DNA of 49,748 nt, the filler included, from Catajapyx aquilonaris (taxonomy: Eukaryota): assembly GCA_000934665.2 (NCBI GenBank). It is 2 parts of 2 records of this genome, joined end to end, with 100 filler letters (N's around TTAATTAATTAA, not from the genome) between each part and the next. Parts side by side here need not be neighbours in the genome. Positions count along the whole stretch, not along the records: positions 1 to 24,829 come from JYFJ02005453.1; 1 more part is not named here. One strand, given 5' to 3'. A program made the position numbers and the translations under genes. Below, one piece after another: positions 1-13,289 of the stretch; position 1 is the first letter of the stretch; each line of letters begins with the position of its first letter. Under the pieces are notes generated by a model that was given only the letters and a program-made list of their open reading frames with translations, was not told the DNA's origin and made no database searches.

Positions 1-114
1 CTATGAACCCCCTCTAGATGGCGTTTCCGGACACGGGTTCCTATGTCAAAAATACTTGTCTTGGTCCCCTCTATTACCCCTGAAAGTCTTTGCAGAGTTA
101 CAATAAACACCCTG
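1..114. mobile_element. Right end of a Tc1/mariner-type MITE, truncated by the window start
   Basis: Ends ...AAACACCCTG followed by TA. The same CAGGGTG/CACCCTG+TA terminus bounds other MITEs in the window (e.g. 46619-47057). Confidence 0.4.
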
Positions 115-1277
115 TATATGGGAAGGTTATCAAATCTTCCGCTTATTTTCAAAGTCATGGAATTTTCCACTGTAAGTGGACAAGTGAGCAAATTGTTCAC
201 ATTTTTCAGTTGAAATGGGCTCGAATTTATTTTTAAATGGAAAAGTTCTATTATCTTCCACTATTTTCGAAGGGCTGGGATATTTCAGGCAATTTTTAAG
301 TGGAAAATGCGCAAAATTTGCACTTTTTTCAGTTGAAATGTGATATAATTTTTCACTTATTTTCGAAGTGCTGGAATTTTTCACATATTTTAAGTGGAGA
401 AGTGCTTCGATAGTAGGACTATCGGTCCTGCAATGAGGCGGAAAGCCTCCATTTTGTTTCTTCTGTGGACATGAAAAGCATAGCAGCTACTCAATTAATA
501 GCTAGACAAACCAACGCATGCAACAATGCAGCTGTGTCGATGTGCTGACAGAGTCCTGTTGAATTATTTACACGCTTCCGTAGAGCGATTTTTTTGTGTG
601 CGACTACGTGCTCGAAATCCGCTCACGAGGGTGTGACCGGACCTGCAGCGAAGGTGTCGGGTGTTTTGAGCCGTGGTGTCGAAAAAGAGGGAAAAAACCC
701 CATGTCCGTATCTCCGTTGTTCCGGGATCCTAAAGGGGGAGCACCCACCGGAAAAGCGGGTGCCAGGAACCGGAACAAATTAATTTTTGTGTACATTGTG
801 CTCGGGAGCAGGCCGTTTTGGTGTGATTGACAGATATGTGAGAAGGTGACAGTCGATGTGGCGACATCGCTCGAGGGTCATGGGTTCACGCGAGGACCGT
901 CGTCGTTGGTATCCTCGAGTGATCAAGGAATGTTCACATGTCTGGGATTTGGTGTAGTATGACCATCTTCAGAAACGGCATCATACGTCGCGTATGATGA
1001 CGTTTCATTAAACACCAATCAGAGGCAAGATCAGATAGGATACTTGGAAGCTCATTGGGCGGGAGTAGTAGTAGTGGCTCTCTGTTCCTGTTTGAAAATG
1101 GTCAGACTATACCAAGAGCGAGCGATTTTCTGTCCAGATATAGGGCGATGTATCACTAATCGCTCGCTGTGCCATATCGCCAATGTATAAATACGGTGTG
1201 TTCACCTGCTGGCGAGAAACGCCTTTCCACGCTTTTTGGCTCGCGATAGGAGCTGCAAACGCTAGAGAGCTGTACCC

Positions 1278-1414
1278 AAAGCCGCGTTTACATGTGAGCG
1301 ATTTAATCAGCGATGTTGCAGCGATGAGACCAATTGTTTAGGGCAAAAATATGTTGTTACTTTCGTTCGGCGAGGACATCGCGGATCAAATCGCTTGCAT
1401 GTAAACGCGGCTTT
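1278..1414. mobile_element. Short PIF/Harbinger-like MITE
   Basis: Terminal inverted repeats AAAGCCGCGTTTACATG / CATGTAAACGCGGCTTT. Confidence 0.6.
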
Positions 1415-1589
1415 AAAGCGTGGCGAGAATGTATATTTGCTTTGCGTCAGGCCGATTTTCGATACGCGATACATCGGCGTACGATCGACATTTAGGTCAT
1501 TCCGATACTGATGCAATATCGATGCTCAGAGCATGTTGATATTTAATGTCGTATCAATTCTTAGATCATAACGACATATTGGTAATATT

Positions 1590-1740
1590 TCTATGTAGAT
1601 TACGTCGAGACTGAAATCTTACCGATTCTTTGGTAATATCGATATTTAGACCACGCCGAGACTGAGGTCATACCGATTCGTTGCTACTATCGATACGGTA
1701 TTTAGACCACGTCGAGACTGAGATCATATCGATATTATGT
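1590..1740. repeat. Degenerate ~55-60 bp tandem repeat (3 units)
   Basis: Recurrent TAGACCACGTCGAGACTGAGATCATA-like unit at ~1597, ~1647 and ~1703. Confidence 0.6.
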
Positions 1741-4700
1741 CGAACGATCAGCATAGTTAGGACCATTCACGTCCAACCAGACCTGTTCCAGTGGTCAACC
1801 CGAAGCCTGACCCATGCGGTGTGGATACCATCGTCAGATTGGTTTCTCTCTATGGCGACCACGCTGCCAATTTTGCGAAATTGCTATTCGGAGCGAAATA
1901 TATCAGTGTAGCTTTGGGGAAGGGGGGGGGGGGNGGGGGGGGGGGTGAAATTTCCGCAACGCCCACGGAAGAGGCCCATTTGTGCATATCTCGTGCCAGC
2001 CGGCCCTCCCATGGATTTCTCATACCGCTGGCCTAAACCCCGGTTTTATTTAGTCGGCCCAAATGAACGGCAGGGGGTGGTGGCCCATTCTGGTGAGGGG
2101 ACACGCAAGAGTTCATGTTTGACCATCCACACAAGGGGGCGGATTTAAGGCCACCTTTTTTAGAGGCGATTGTACCGCTGCCTGGAAGCTCAAATTTGTG
2201 TCATCACGTTTCTCATACCGGGCACGTGGCTTTGGATCACCAGCGCCACTTGGTGTCGGCATTTTGAGGTCAAGACGCTGGGCGGTGCAACATAACGTAA
2301 TTGATTTATTATATTCTAAAGGGTTCGACATGCCATGTGGCGTGCCGGATTCCACCATGGAGGGACCATGTAATGCCCAATTAATTACGAAACAAATTTT
2401 ACGGCGAGTTAATCAATCAAAAAGGGGGCGGTAGGGCCCAGAATAAGTTGGTGCACCAGCCCACTGACACTCCTACCCCAACCTTATGGAGAAAGGGGAT
2501 AAGGTTGTGTGTGTAGGCTTATCAGGTGTACCCGTAGGGAGTGGGGTTGCCGCTTCAGCACTGCTGTAGTGCACCTATGTGGCGATCCTGGCGGACGATT
2601 CTGCCTTTAGTAGAATCCACTGTCTTATCGCTGTACATTTTGCTGTCGATTTACCGGCACCTGCACCGTGCGTGCGCCAAATTAATTCTGGAACAACCTG
2701 GTATAAATTTCCACGCGTGTCACACTCGGGTGTTCAAACACATCCTCGCTCACGGGTCAGTCACATGTCCTTGACCACAGGACGTACCCTTTGACGTCAT
2801 AACCTAACTCAACTCATACGTCGTAGGGGGGCGTGGCGATTGACATCCCGTTTATTGTCCCCGCAGTGCGTGCAGGCCAAGAAATACTGTGCGTGATAAG
2901 GAGGTGTTTCCATTCGAGGGTTGGAAGTATAGGGAAAGAAGAAGGTGGATAACCGATAAGGTGGGGAATTGCAGGTGTTGGGATATAGGGAGGTGGCATG
3001 GATTGAATTGGGCATATTGATATGTTGTTGGAGCGAGGAACGGCGATGACAGGGCGTTTACGCGCCGTGTAAACAGCGTGTCTAGGACGATAAGTGAAGG
3101 GCGCGGGTTATATACCGTGCGTGGCCCGGCTTGGAGATTGTGTCCTTGCACACGAGTCGGGTTGTTAACATGTTCCAGATGATGAGCTTGCGAGAAACGC
3201 CTCGCCACATTAGGCTCTCGCTGCCACAAAGCGTAGCGAGAAGCAAATTCTCGCAATCCGTCCGTTAGCTACTCGCTCACGCTAAGTCCATCGCATGTCG
3301 CTTAACCCAGATATTATTAGCGAGAAGCAAAGTCTCTCACCCCATTCGTTCACTTCGCGCCCACGCTACACATGTTTCTCGCTAGCTTCAGGCGTCACAC
3401 TTCTTTGTAAGCGAGTTGCACCAACTATACGAGCGTTAGCGGGCTGAAAATGGGGGTAAAACTCGCTGCCAAAGGTTTGGTGAGAAGGGGTTTCTTTAGC
3501 TTTAAGTTAGCAAGAAACGAATGGGAGAATGAGAGATTTAGCAGGAGCGAGAAGGCAACGGTTGAGGTGCGAGAATAGGATTCTCGCGAGAATCGCCTTC
3601 ACGTCACGCTCTTTTACTAGTAGAGCGACTTGCTGCCACAAAGGATCCCGAGAAGTCATTTGTCCCACAGAGAATCCAATTTGTTCGTTGGCTTCTCGCT
3701 CACGCTAAAATGTCTCTTGAATTCGCTCGCGTGGCGTTTCTCGCTAGCTGAGAGCTGCAGCGAGTTGGGTCTCTCTCGTTCGTGCTTTTACAGCGACTTG
3801 CTTGCAAAAAGGGTAGAAGGTTAGCGAGAAGCAATTCGTTCGCTTACTTCTCGCTCACGCTGAAATGACTCGAATTCGCTCTCGCTAAGGCCAGTTCTCG
3901 GAAGCTTGTGAGAAACGCCTCGCCATGTTTGTTAACATAGTGTTGTACCAGCGCAGCGAGAATTGGTCGTAGCGAGAGGCCAGCGGATGTACAGGGTGAT
4001 CCAAATTATAATCCACCTAACGCGAGCAGATCCCCAGGTGCCCAGTAAGCGGATGAACATGGACCGGACCCCATTTACAGGGTGTTACCGAATGTTGGTT
4101 TGTGTACGCTGCCAAAGCAAGCGTGCAAGTGCCAACATGGTCACCGCAAGGAGGTTGATACTGCTCTCTTTTTTTGGCAACTTTTCCGCTCACTTGTAAC
4201 TCTCTCGCGGGTTTTTTTTCCCAACGCAATAAAACCAGGTTCAGCCGGAGTCTATTTACCAACTGGTAGGGAGGGGGGTTTAATCCCGGATATACCGTAG
4301 CTTATATTGGTCCAAAGATCTCACCTCTCTCTCTGAGGTTGTGCCGCCTACGCTCAAGTCTGTCAATAATGTTACCATGGCGACAACTGTTACCTTATGC
4401 AGACTCGCTTCTAGCGTGGGGTGTTCACACGGCGACTTGTGACTAAGCAAGCTTTTAAATATTGTGACGGTGGCCCCGGGTGGGAGGCTTGCTGTTGTAT
4501 CGAGTCGTGATGCAGCCTAGTGCGAGGCTAGCCTGTTCATGGCCAAAAACCGCTTAATTCCGCTCAGGTTGGCTGGGAAAATGGAGACGGCTGAATTTCC
4601 ATACGCATCTAGAGTGGGTGGGCTGGGAAATCGACATAAATCCAGCTATTCAGCCAAGTTTCCTTAGCAGATATCGCTTTCAAGTACACCGCCGGGGTAG

Positions 4701-5574
4701 TGGCTTTTGAATGTAGCCTACTGGGGCAAAGGATTGCAAATTGCGAAACTTTCGCTCAATTCAAACCAGTTTCAGGCATTATGCTTAAGGTAAAGCCCTG
4801 CAGATAGGTCGGAGCCCAGTCTTATCCGGGAGTTGGAACAATTGCCCGAAGCTAGCGAGAAACGGAAGCGTGAGCGAGACAATTTTTTTAAATTAGCGGT
4901 GCGATATACATGCACCCATCCCCGGGTAGAGTCTAGCCAGATCTGAAGGCTCGGGCTCTATTTATTTATGGCGAGGCAGCAGAGAGTAAGTGACATTGAC
5001 CCGGGCATTCATCAGCGCAAGGCTGCCACCGTCGTCACTGGTGACGTCAAAGGGCCGTCTCTTGCCAAGGAAAATCGAAGCTCCGGCTGCGTGTAGGAGA
5101 AGCAGCGTTGCTGCAACAACATCCCCTTCCATCGCCAGGAGGGGAGAAAAACTCTCGCTTGTGTAATGGTGGTAAATACGGCGCTAATCTGACACTAAAT
5201 AGGCGATGTTTGGTTGCGCAACTGGGTATGCTCGGAGCGGTTCGATGTTGGCTACACTGGGGGATGTGGAGAAACCCCACGAACAGGCCTCGGCAACTCC
5301 TATGGAACTTGAGTCTCCGCCACCCCGGATTTGGCGCTGCCGGCGCTCCACAGGCATCCGGGAGGACGCCTTCAACTAACCCAAACCATCCTTTCCCCTG
5401 CAGATGGGTCCGGAGCACATTCGCAGACTCGCTCGTCAGCCACCCGAACCGCCTCGATGCTGGAAGCGCCAATTCTGGGGTGGCGGAGACTCACAAGTGC
5501 CATACTGTCCCTCAGTGTAGCCTATACGACAGCCCAGAGCGCAGCGAGCCGGGTGTTTCTCGCTAAATCCCTGC

Positions 5575-6350
5575 TGGCGAGAGTCGGTCGTAGCGGGAGC
5601 GAGAAGGCAATTCTCGTACCGCATTCGTCCGTTGACGTTTGCCCTATGCTAAAAGTTTGCTCCAAAATAACTGGGTTCTCGCTCTAGCAATGTCCGATTC
5701 ACGCTAGCTGGGTAGCGAGAACGGGAAGCATATCGTCTCATCTCAGTCATGGCGAGAGCGAGAAGGCAATTCTCGCACCGGATTCGTCCGTTGACGTCTG
5801 TCCTACGCTAATATTTTGCTCTAAAACAACTGGGTTCTCGCTGTAGCAATGGACGATTCACGCTAGCTGGGTAGCGAGAACCTGAAGCATATCGTCTCAT
5901 TTCAGTCGGTCGTAGCGAGAGCGAGAAGGCAAATCTCGCACCGGATTCGTCGGAAAAGTACGCTGGAAAACAATTTGATCTTCGCTTTAGCTAAGGCCGA
6001 TTCACGCTAGCTGGGTAGCGAGAGCGAGAAGCCTATCGTCGCAACTCGGCCGTGTCGAGAGCGAGAAGGCAATTATGGCTCCGGATTCGTCCTCTGACTA
6101 TTGGCCCACGCTAACTGTTTGCTCGAAAACAATTTTCTTCTCGCTGCATATTTTAGCAGCTGCGAATGGTACACCCGAGATGAGTAGAGAACGAGAAGCC
6201 TATCGTCGCATCTCGGTCATAGCGAGAGCGAGAAGGCAATTCTCGCACCGGATTCGTCCGTTGACGTATGTCCTACGCTAAAATTTCGCTCTAAAACAAT
6301 GGGCTCTTCGCTTTAGCTTTGGCCGATTCACCCGAGCTGGGTTGCTAAAA
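5575..6350. repeat. ~160-bp tandem array (about 5 units) rich in AGCGAG/CTCGCT
   Basis: Unit GCGAGAGCGAGAAGGCAATTCTCGCACCGGATTCGTC...GATTCACGCTAGCTGGGTAGCGAGA starts at ~5593, ~5752, ~5915, ~6056 and ~6222. Confidence 0.85.
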
Positions 6351-6369
6351 GCCTATCCGTGCACAATAA

Positions 6370-6563
6370 GGTGTGTTCACATGCTCGATAGTTTTGGAGC
6401 GAATCGCGACTTTAGCGTGAGCGTGTGTTGCTTTCTCGTTCAAACTTTCTAGCGATCTTGGGATCACAACCTCGTTCGTCCGTGGCTGGTCTCGAACTCG
6501 CTTCTAAAACTTAGCTTCTCGCTGGAACTATACGACGGATTCGGGCCAGCATGTGAACACACA
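6370..6563. mobile_element. PIF/Harbinger-like MITE with AGCGA-rich interior
   Basis: TIRs GGTGTGTTCACATGC / GCATGTGAACACAC, preceded by TAA. A similar terminus occurs at ~1196. Confidence 0.55.
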
Positions 6564-9500
6564 TTGAAGATGGGCGAGAATTGACCTATTGTAGCGAGAA
6601 GCCAATTGTCGCTTCTTGCTCTCGTTACGACCGATTCTCGCGAGAAGTGACATACTGGAACATCCTGAATGTTTGTTTGTTTTTAATACCCCGTGAAAGG
6701 CCAGGGCCCTCTTATGGGTTCCCAAGGGAGGGTGCTCTTAAGTAGTAATTTCTGACCCTCTTAAATACCAGACCTTTTTTCTCTTGGCCATGGGCAGAGA
6801 AGGAACATGCTGAATGTAACATGATGGAACCTAATCTAACACAAAGTAAAATAATGGATACATTTGAGATAACTGTCATATGAATTAGTTAGTTTAGGAC
6901 GATCCAACCGATTCAGACACAATTTTGCAAAATTTCGTTAGAGTAAAATGGCGCCGATAATGAGCTGAATAGGCCATCTTGGAATTCCCAGAGTGTGTAT
7001 TTTGCCCGGATGGGGAAAAAAATCCCGGCCTTGAGTAAATCCGTTGGGGAATGAGTGAAATCTGTGCGAATCCGCGTCCAGTGATTTCCCAGGCGGATTG
7101 GCTATTCGCGATTTTTTTTTTTGTCGGGCCAGCTCGTGCGATAAGCCATTACGCATTGAGCGTAACTCAATTACGCACGTAACCTTGCGCGATTTTTAGC
7201 GTTCCATTTAAATTGCTAAATTCGGATTTATGCCCGGTTTTAACCTGTTTATTGCCCAAGAGGTTCGAAGTGGTTGCTAGGGTAAACAATCTCAAAAGTC
7301 GATGCGGAATATACGTCACGATCGGGAATTTCCGAATGCAGATTTGGAGCAAGGTTCAGCGCGCCGCGGGCGACGGTGATTGGCAGCACAATGGCGGGCT
7401 CGCACTTGAATTGCGAGGACCGAGTTGTATATGTATACATGCATGGGCTGCCCCCGTCTGATGTCGCGCACAATGTCGGAAAAGGGGTAGAGCGAATCTC
7501 ACACCCGAATGCCGATTCACTATTGGCATTGTCAGGGGACGTCGATTCGGTGTGCTTGGTGTGGCATCTTGTGAACAACACCTAGAGACGGGCACAATAA
7601 GGTGCTTCGGAGTTGGGGAAACACTGAACTGTAATTGGTTCTTTCAAGGAGTAACTAGGAAGCGTGTAAAGAACGACCAATATGGCGGCGGTGCCACCTC
7701 GCGACTTCGAACACACGTGACCTGGTCAGTAGGTGACCTTAAGAGTAGTTAGCAGGTCAGCCCGGTTCAAAACTGTTGGCACTACACTTACACGCTAATA
7801 CGTTCTAGGTAACTAATGATGACCCCCAGGTACAACCAGTTTACAATTACGTGGCGGCCATCTTGATCCGAGAGGCTGCCGCGCCACCTCCCGACTTTGA
7901 ACGCACATGGCCGGGTCAGTTTGTGACCATAACAGTCATTAGCACATGTGCCCGATTCAGGACGCTTGGCACTACATATACGTGCTAACAGTTTCAATCT
8001 AACTTAATAATGTCACACTTAATCATGTTTAAAAGTAGGCGGCGGCCATCTTGGATCTGACAGATCACCTCCCGACTTTCAACTGGCGTGATCGGGCCAG
8101 TGGGTGACCTTACGAGCGGTTAATAGGTCAACTCGATTCAGTACATCTGTTACTACACATTTTTCGCTAATAGTCAACGCATCGGTAATGATCGTACCAA
8201 TTAAAACCAAAAAATTTGGGCATCACCCCGGCGGCCATATTGATCCGGCCTGCAGGCGCAGACGCCATTTCCAGTCGGAATCCGGGAATAGACAGTGGAT
8301 GTCAAAAAAATGGCCAAAAAGAGGAGCAAGAAATGAAATTTTCTGCAGTAATAAGCGTGGTCGGACTCAATATCGGTGGACAGCAAAAGGCCATCTGGCG
8401 GATGACATGATGACGCGACGGGGGATTTTTCGATCGGAGGCTTTTGAGTGACACTTTTTTCGGGTCTCATGGGGGGGGGGNGGGGGGGGAGATCACAAAA
8501 ATGGAGGACTAATGATGAGCACTTCGCCGAATCGGTTTCGCAACTATTTTGGCGACAAAAAATTGAGCTATATACAAAATGGCGCCGAAATGTGACCAGG
8601 ATAAAAAATGGCGGAATTTCAGATCAGGTTTGAACGAGCCGGTACTGTAAAAGTGCTATATTTTTACATTTGGATTATAGATCAAAGTAGTTTTTTCCCG
8701 GCCTGATAGAATTCTGGAAGTTGGGCCGAAACAGTTAAAAAGAATTTTCGAAAGCGAGTTTAGTTGTGCGGTGCATGGTAAATATTAATGTATGTTAAGC
8801 GGGGGTAGCTGTAATGCAAGGGCCGTGCTGTAAGTTAATGCTATGAATATTTATTGAGATAGATCTGACGTAATCCGGCCGACGGATGTAACCTGACTTG
8901 GACATAATAATAATACTAATACTAATAATAATTCCGGTGTACATTTGCTGCACTACTATATATGAATTTTTAATGAGCTCAACCGAGTGCGCAACACAGT
9001 TCGCGCAAATTGTTTCCAACACTACGCCTGAGGGGGTGACAATATGGCAAATTTCTGCGACGTTGCCAAGCTACTGGTGGGAATTTGGACCCCTAGGAGT
9101 AACTGTGGCAACGTTGTTGTCGGAACAATGGACTTGCGCGAATGTGGGTGCGCACTCGGTTGCTCTCGACAAAAAAAAAATCATATATAGCACAAGATGT
9201 GCGCTCCCCCCAAAAAAGATGTAAACAAAGGCTGCATATCTGCTGTACATTACCCCGGTTGTTTACACGCATTGTACACACGACACTGGTTATGGCCCCC
9301 TTTTCAAACGAGCCGCGGTTCTAAAATTATTATTGGCCCGACTCATTCTCTTATTGTTAACCATGGTTCCCCNCCATAGAAAATTATTTTGTAACATACA
9401 CATGAAGTAGGGCGTGCTTAACTAGTCCTTTCAGAATGAGCAGGCCTCATTTGTCGGCGATAAATATAAACCGCGGCACTAAAACCAGTTTCCCCGGGTG

Positions 9501-10207
9501 TAATTGGATTGTGACGTTTATTGTGACGGGGGAGGCCCGACCTTTATATTTTAGCCGGATTGCTTTAAAACCCGATCGGGAAAACCGGCTTTTGTTTGGA
9601 TATAACCGGCCGGTTTGTTTTTACGGCTTATCGGCCCATCTTTGAGCGCGGTTGCCAGATTGTGTACAATTCCGGTCATAAAGATTGACTAATCTGGACT
9701 AAAAATGGCGGCGTTTTCATACTCAGCATCTTAACAAAATTTTCGATATTTGAGGAGCCAATGTGGCGCCGGAGCCTCCGCACAGCAGCACCGGGGTTGC
9801 CAGATCGATAAAATATTTCAAAACCAGGGGGTGGGGGGTATGCACCGCAGGGGGTGGGTAGACACTCGTAATCCCAGTGACGTTGGGGGAGTGGGGGAGG
9901 GCTTCCTTATTCGGGACAGATAATTCGGGGCAGGATTTGAATCAGAGCGGCTTTTGGGAGGGGGGGTCCCACCCTGCTACTGGTGCGCTTTCCCGTCCCG
10001 CCGAATTTGCCTCTCTAATGAGCTGCTTCGATTAACACATGGCTGCCGGGAGAATGTTATTGTTTCCCAGGGGGAGGCGCCACGGTCGCTGTTTGCCGGA
10101 ATTTGCATCTTCAGGAGGAGCCAGTTGGAGAAAGAGGCGTTTGGGAGGGTATTTCCAACACTGAGTTACTGATCTCTGAAAATGGCCGCCACCTGGCCGA
10201 TATTGAG

Positions 10208-10552
10208 GCCCGATTTAAGCCCGTTTTATGACCCATCACCACGAAAATAGTGCATGTGGTCTTATCACACGTCACGAATCGTTAGAGCGCAACAAACAAG
10301 CTATCGGTCAGCCACAAGCCAAGTGACGGGGGGTCAAAAGTGCGAGGTGGGACGGCAGCCATCTTGGTACGCCGCATTGCCTATATTAATGCCCAATTTA
10401 AGCCCGTTTTATGGCCTATCACCACGAAAATAGTTGCATAATCACTTGTCACACGTCACGAATCGTTAGAGCGCAACAAACAAGCCACTGGTCAGCCACA
10501 AGCCAAATTACAGGGGGTCAAATGTGCGAGGTGAGACGGCGGCTATCTTGGA
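10208..10552. repeat. Tandem duplication of a ~183-bp unit
   Basis: ATTTAAGCCCGTTTTATG...CACACGTCACGAATCGTTAGAGCGCAACAAACAAGC...GTGCGAGGTG...ATCTTGG occurs twice. Confidence 0.85.
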
Positions 10553-11329
10553 TCTTCACCTTGTGCAGACCAGGTGAAGACAGCCTGGAAGGTAGACTTC
10601 TCGACAATTTGTTACCAGATTAACTTGCCAGGATAGGCTGATTCGCACCATCCTGTACTGCAGTAACCCTGACAAGCGCTGTACATGTTCATTCACACAT
10701 CGAACACAGCAGGGTACTTGACATACTCGCGGTGTACCTGGGAACTCCGATAGTATGTCGGAGGATCACCGTCAATCAGCACTGGCTTGCTTCAACAGAT
10801 GCCCTAAAATGTCATTCAATGGTGGCCGAACATTGGTTTTCAAATTGTTTACAGGTCCATAGAATATTCCATTGCTACCACAATAGCTGTCCCAAAATAC
10901 ATCAGTAGACCTATCGACTTTATAAAGTATGGAGGGCTAAAAATACTATTGTTGGTGGGCCGGACTCCGACATTAGCCCCGAACGAATTCTCATACACCT
11001 GTCAAAAACCCCGGTTCTAAGTGAATGGAATTATTTGAATAAATAATTCAGTGAGTTAGACCGAGTTTTGGCGTGACATGCGAAACAGCTGTCGAGTTGC
11101 GCGTGTGGGACTCCCGGGGTGACGCAACTCGCCAGCAGCTGACCTCAATGCAGTATTCACCATCCCATTACCCCAATTCCTTCCCCCTTTTCTTCCTGCC
11201 TTCCTCCTTTTCTCTTCAAACCATCGATTCTGGACATCGATTCGATTGATTCTGACCATAATCGAGCGTGTGCGGCTGCACGATGGCGCCACTGTCCATC
11301 TTGCTAGTTTCGGGCTCACCTGGGAAGTG

Positions 11330-11760
11330 TGACCTGTCATGGCCGCTATGATCACACATCGCAAATTTGACACCTTGTAACACACCATGTGGCTAGTCAA
11401 TTACGTAGTCTTTGACCTCTACAGGTTCCTGTCTGATGGTAGGACGTGAGTAAGGAAGGAATTCATAAGATTACAAGGTAAAAATGTGTATAAATTCGGA
11501 TAATGTGAACTGTCATGGCGGCCGTGATTACACCTCGCAAATTTGAGCTCTCGTTACACACGATGTGGTTAGCCAACCCCTCAATTTTTGACCTCTAGAG
11601 GTTCCTGCCTGGTGATATGACCCGAGTAAGTGAAGAATTCGTAATAATACGAGCAAAGAAATGTGAATAAATTCGAATGTGAACTGTCATGGCGGCCGCG
11701 TCCCACCTCAGGCCTTGTGGTAGCCAACTGCTTAATTATTGACCTCTGCAGATTCTGGCA
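11330..11760. repeat. Degenerate ~175-bp tandem repeat (about 2.5 units), weakly related in inverted orientation to 10208-10552
   Basis: CTGTCATGGC..C...CACATCGCAAATTTGA...TTGACCTCT...GGTTCCTG repeats at ~11334, ~11510 and ~11684. Confidence 0.7.
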
Positions 11761-12718
11761 TGTGACAGGAATGGGATATGTAAAGGACCTTTGTAGGTGA
11801 TCATGCATAAGTGCGAAATTTTGCGATTTCGACCCGGTCGAAATTTGCGACGAAAATGGTGGCAACGTGGCGAATTGCGTATGTCTAGACATATAGCTCA
11901 GTGTGCGGCGAGGAGGGATATTCCATCAGTCAATTTAGATCCAATCCCATGCAGGAAGTGGCTGTAAGGTCACCAGCGGCGATGACCATCAGGCGCACCA
12001 AGAATAAAAATCCGTGCGCACGTCTTGTGGAAGGGGTTATCCTCTCCAGGTTATCAAAGCTTCCTGTACACACCTTTTGTTGATGACACACTTATTGAAG
12101 CATCGACACATAGTAAACATCAACATGTGGGGTGAAAATGGCGCCAGTCCGATTATCAGGCCAGAAGATAAGGGCATAGTAGCAAATACGACCTTGGATC
12201 TCACTTGTGACGCACCTCCTGACCTCTCGTCCACCCCAACCCCACTACTAGTTAAACTCGGTACTACACGAGGATGAACTAAAAAAATATGTACGACGCG
12301 ATATGGGAATGCCTAAGGACGATTCTGGATGTCTATCATATGAAGACAAGGGCGATCTGTAACCTAAAAATGGATTATATGAAAGTAACTAATATGGATA
12401 ACCACGAAAATAACTAATGTCATTATAGCCAATATCTGAGTACAGTATGTCATCAAAACCAGGCTACATTTACTTGGTCCTGGTTACTCAATGCTAAATT
12501 CGTATTTGCAATATATGGAACGTTTGCACCTCGGGTCAAGCTCCAATTGGCTAGGTCACCTGGGCCGTGTGAGGAGACTCAATAAATCTGAAATGCCTTT
12601 TTTTTTGAAGTGCTCGACCGGCCCGGTTTTGATAATACTTACATATTGATAATGTTTAACTATAATACTAGTATATAATTATGCAAATAGCTAATACCAG
12701 CGTGTCTCCTTGTTACAG

Positions 12719-12800
12719 AGGGTCTTCGAGAATACTTCAGCAAATTTGGCGAAATCACCGAGGTGATGGTGATGAAGGATCCAACCACGCGCCGATCTAG
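12719..12800 (+). CDS. msi: Internal coding exon of a Musashi-family (Rbp6/MSI-type) RNA-binding protein, RRM1 segment
   Basis: Acceptor cttgttacag| and donor |gtgagt. The 82 nt (phase 1 to phase 2) encode (E)[26 protein letters not shown](R), matching Musashi RRM1 between RNP2 and RNP1 (cf. MSI2 [28 protein letters not shown]). Not in the ORF track. Confidence 0.93.
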
Positions 12801-13289
12801 GTGAGTTTCATAGAGATAGATCGACCCAACCTTTTACTCTCTTTTTTTTTGCACCCAAATCTAGCCCCAGCAGTCCATTAAATCCTATTTTTTTGACCTC
12901 CAACCCCTTAGCGTGTAAGTGCCCAGTTGACCCCAATTCGTAAACCCCACCCTCCCCTGCTCCCCACCCTCCAAAAATCTATTCGTGTTTATACAAAGGA
13001 TTTTGTCCCCAAATTTGGATTTAGGTTAAAATGTTGATATTTTTTTAAAAAAATGGTGAGTTGCGCAACAATGGTGGTTCGCAAAAAATAGAAAATTTTG
13101 GGGATGGAGACAGGGGTTTTGTAGGCGGTGGGGGCTGGCGGGGAGAGGGAGGGGGAGAGGGGGGCGGACCTGCGTCAGGAGGCGCGTTTCCTGCTCTGGA
13201 CCGATCAATAGGAGCTGATAAAAGGCGGGGTGTACAGCTGGCAACCCTGCTCTTCTCGCACCAAACCTAGAACCCGAATATTTTTAGAG

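Noticed and set aside
1915..1946. G/C homopolymer runs containing N (also ~8471, ~16519, ~23193, ~29350, ~34304) as G-quadruplex elements
   Set aside because: Lengths are unreliable because of ambiguous base calls; these look like simple repeats or assembly artefacts.
5047..5687. Overlapping 118-152 aa ORFs (also 14287-14860 and 18628-19105)
   Set aside because: No recognisable domains or convincing splice context; expected by chance in GC-rich or repetitive DNA.
5575..6350. Possible CRISPR-like array
   Set aside because: Whole ~160-bp units repeat with no unique spacers, the context is eukaryotic, and there are no cas genes.
7324..7333. Canonical NF-kB site GGGAATTTCC; also an X-box-like GTTGCCACGGCAAC at 25010-25023
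   Set aside because: Single short motifs without supporting context; the second appears to be part of a repeat end.
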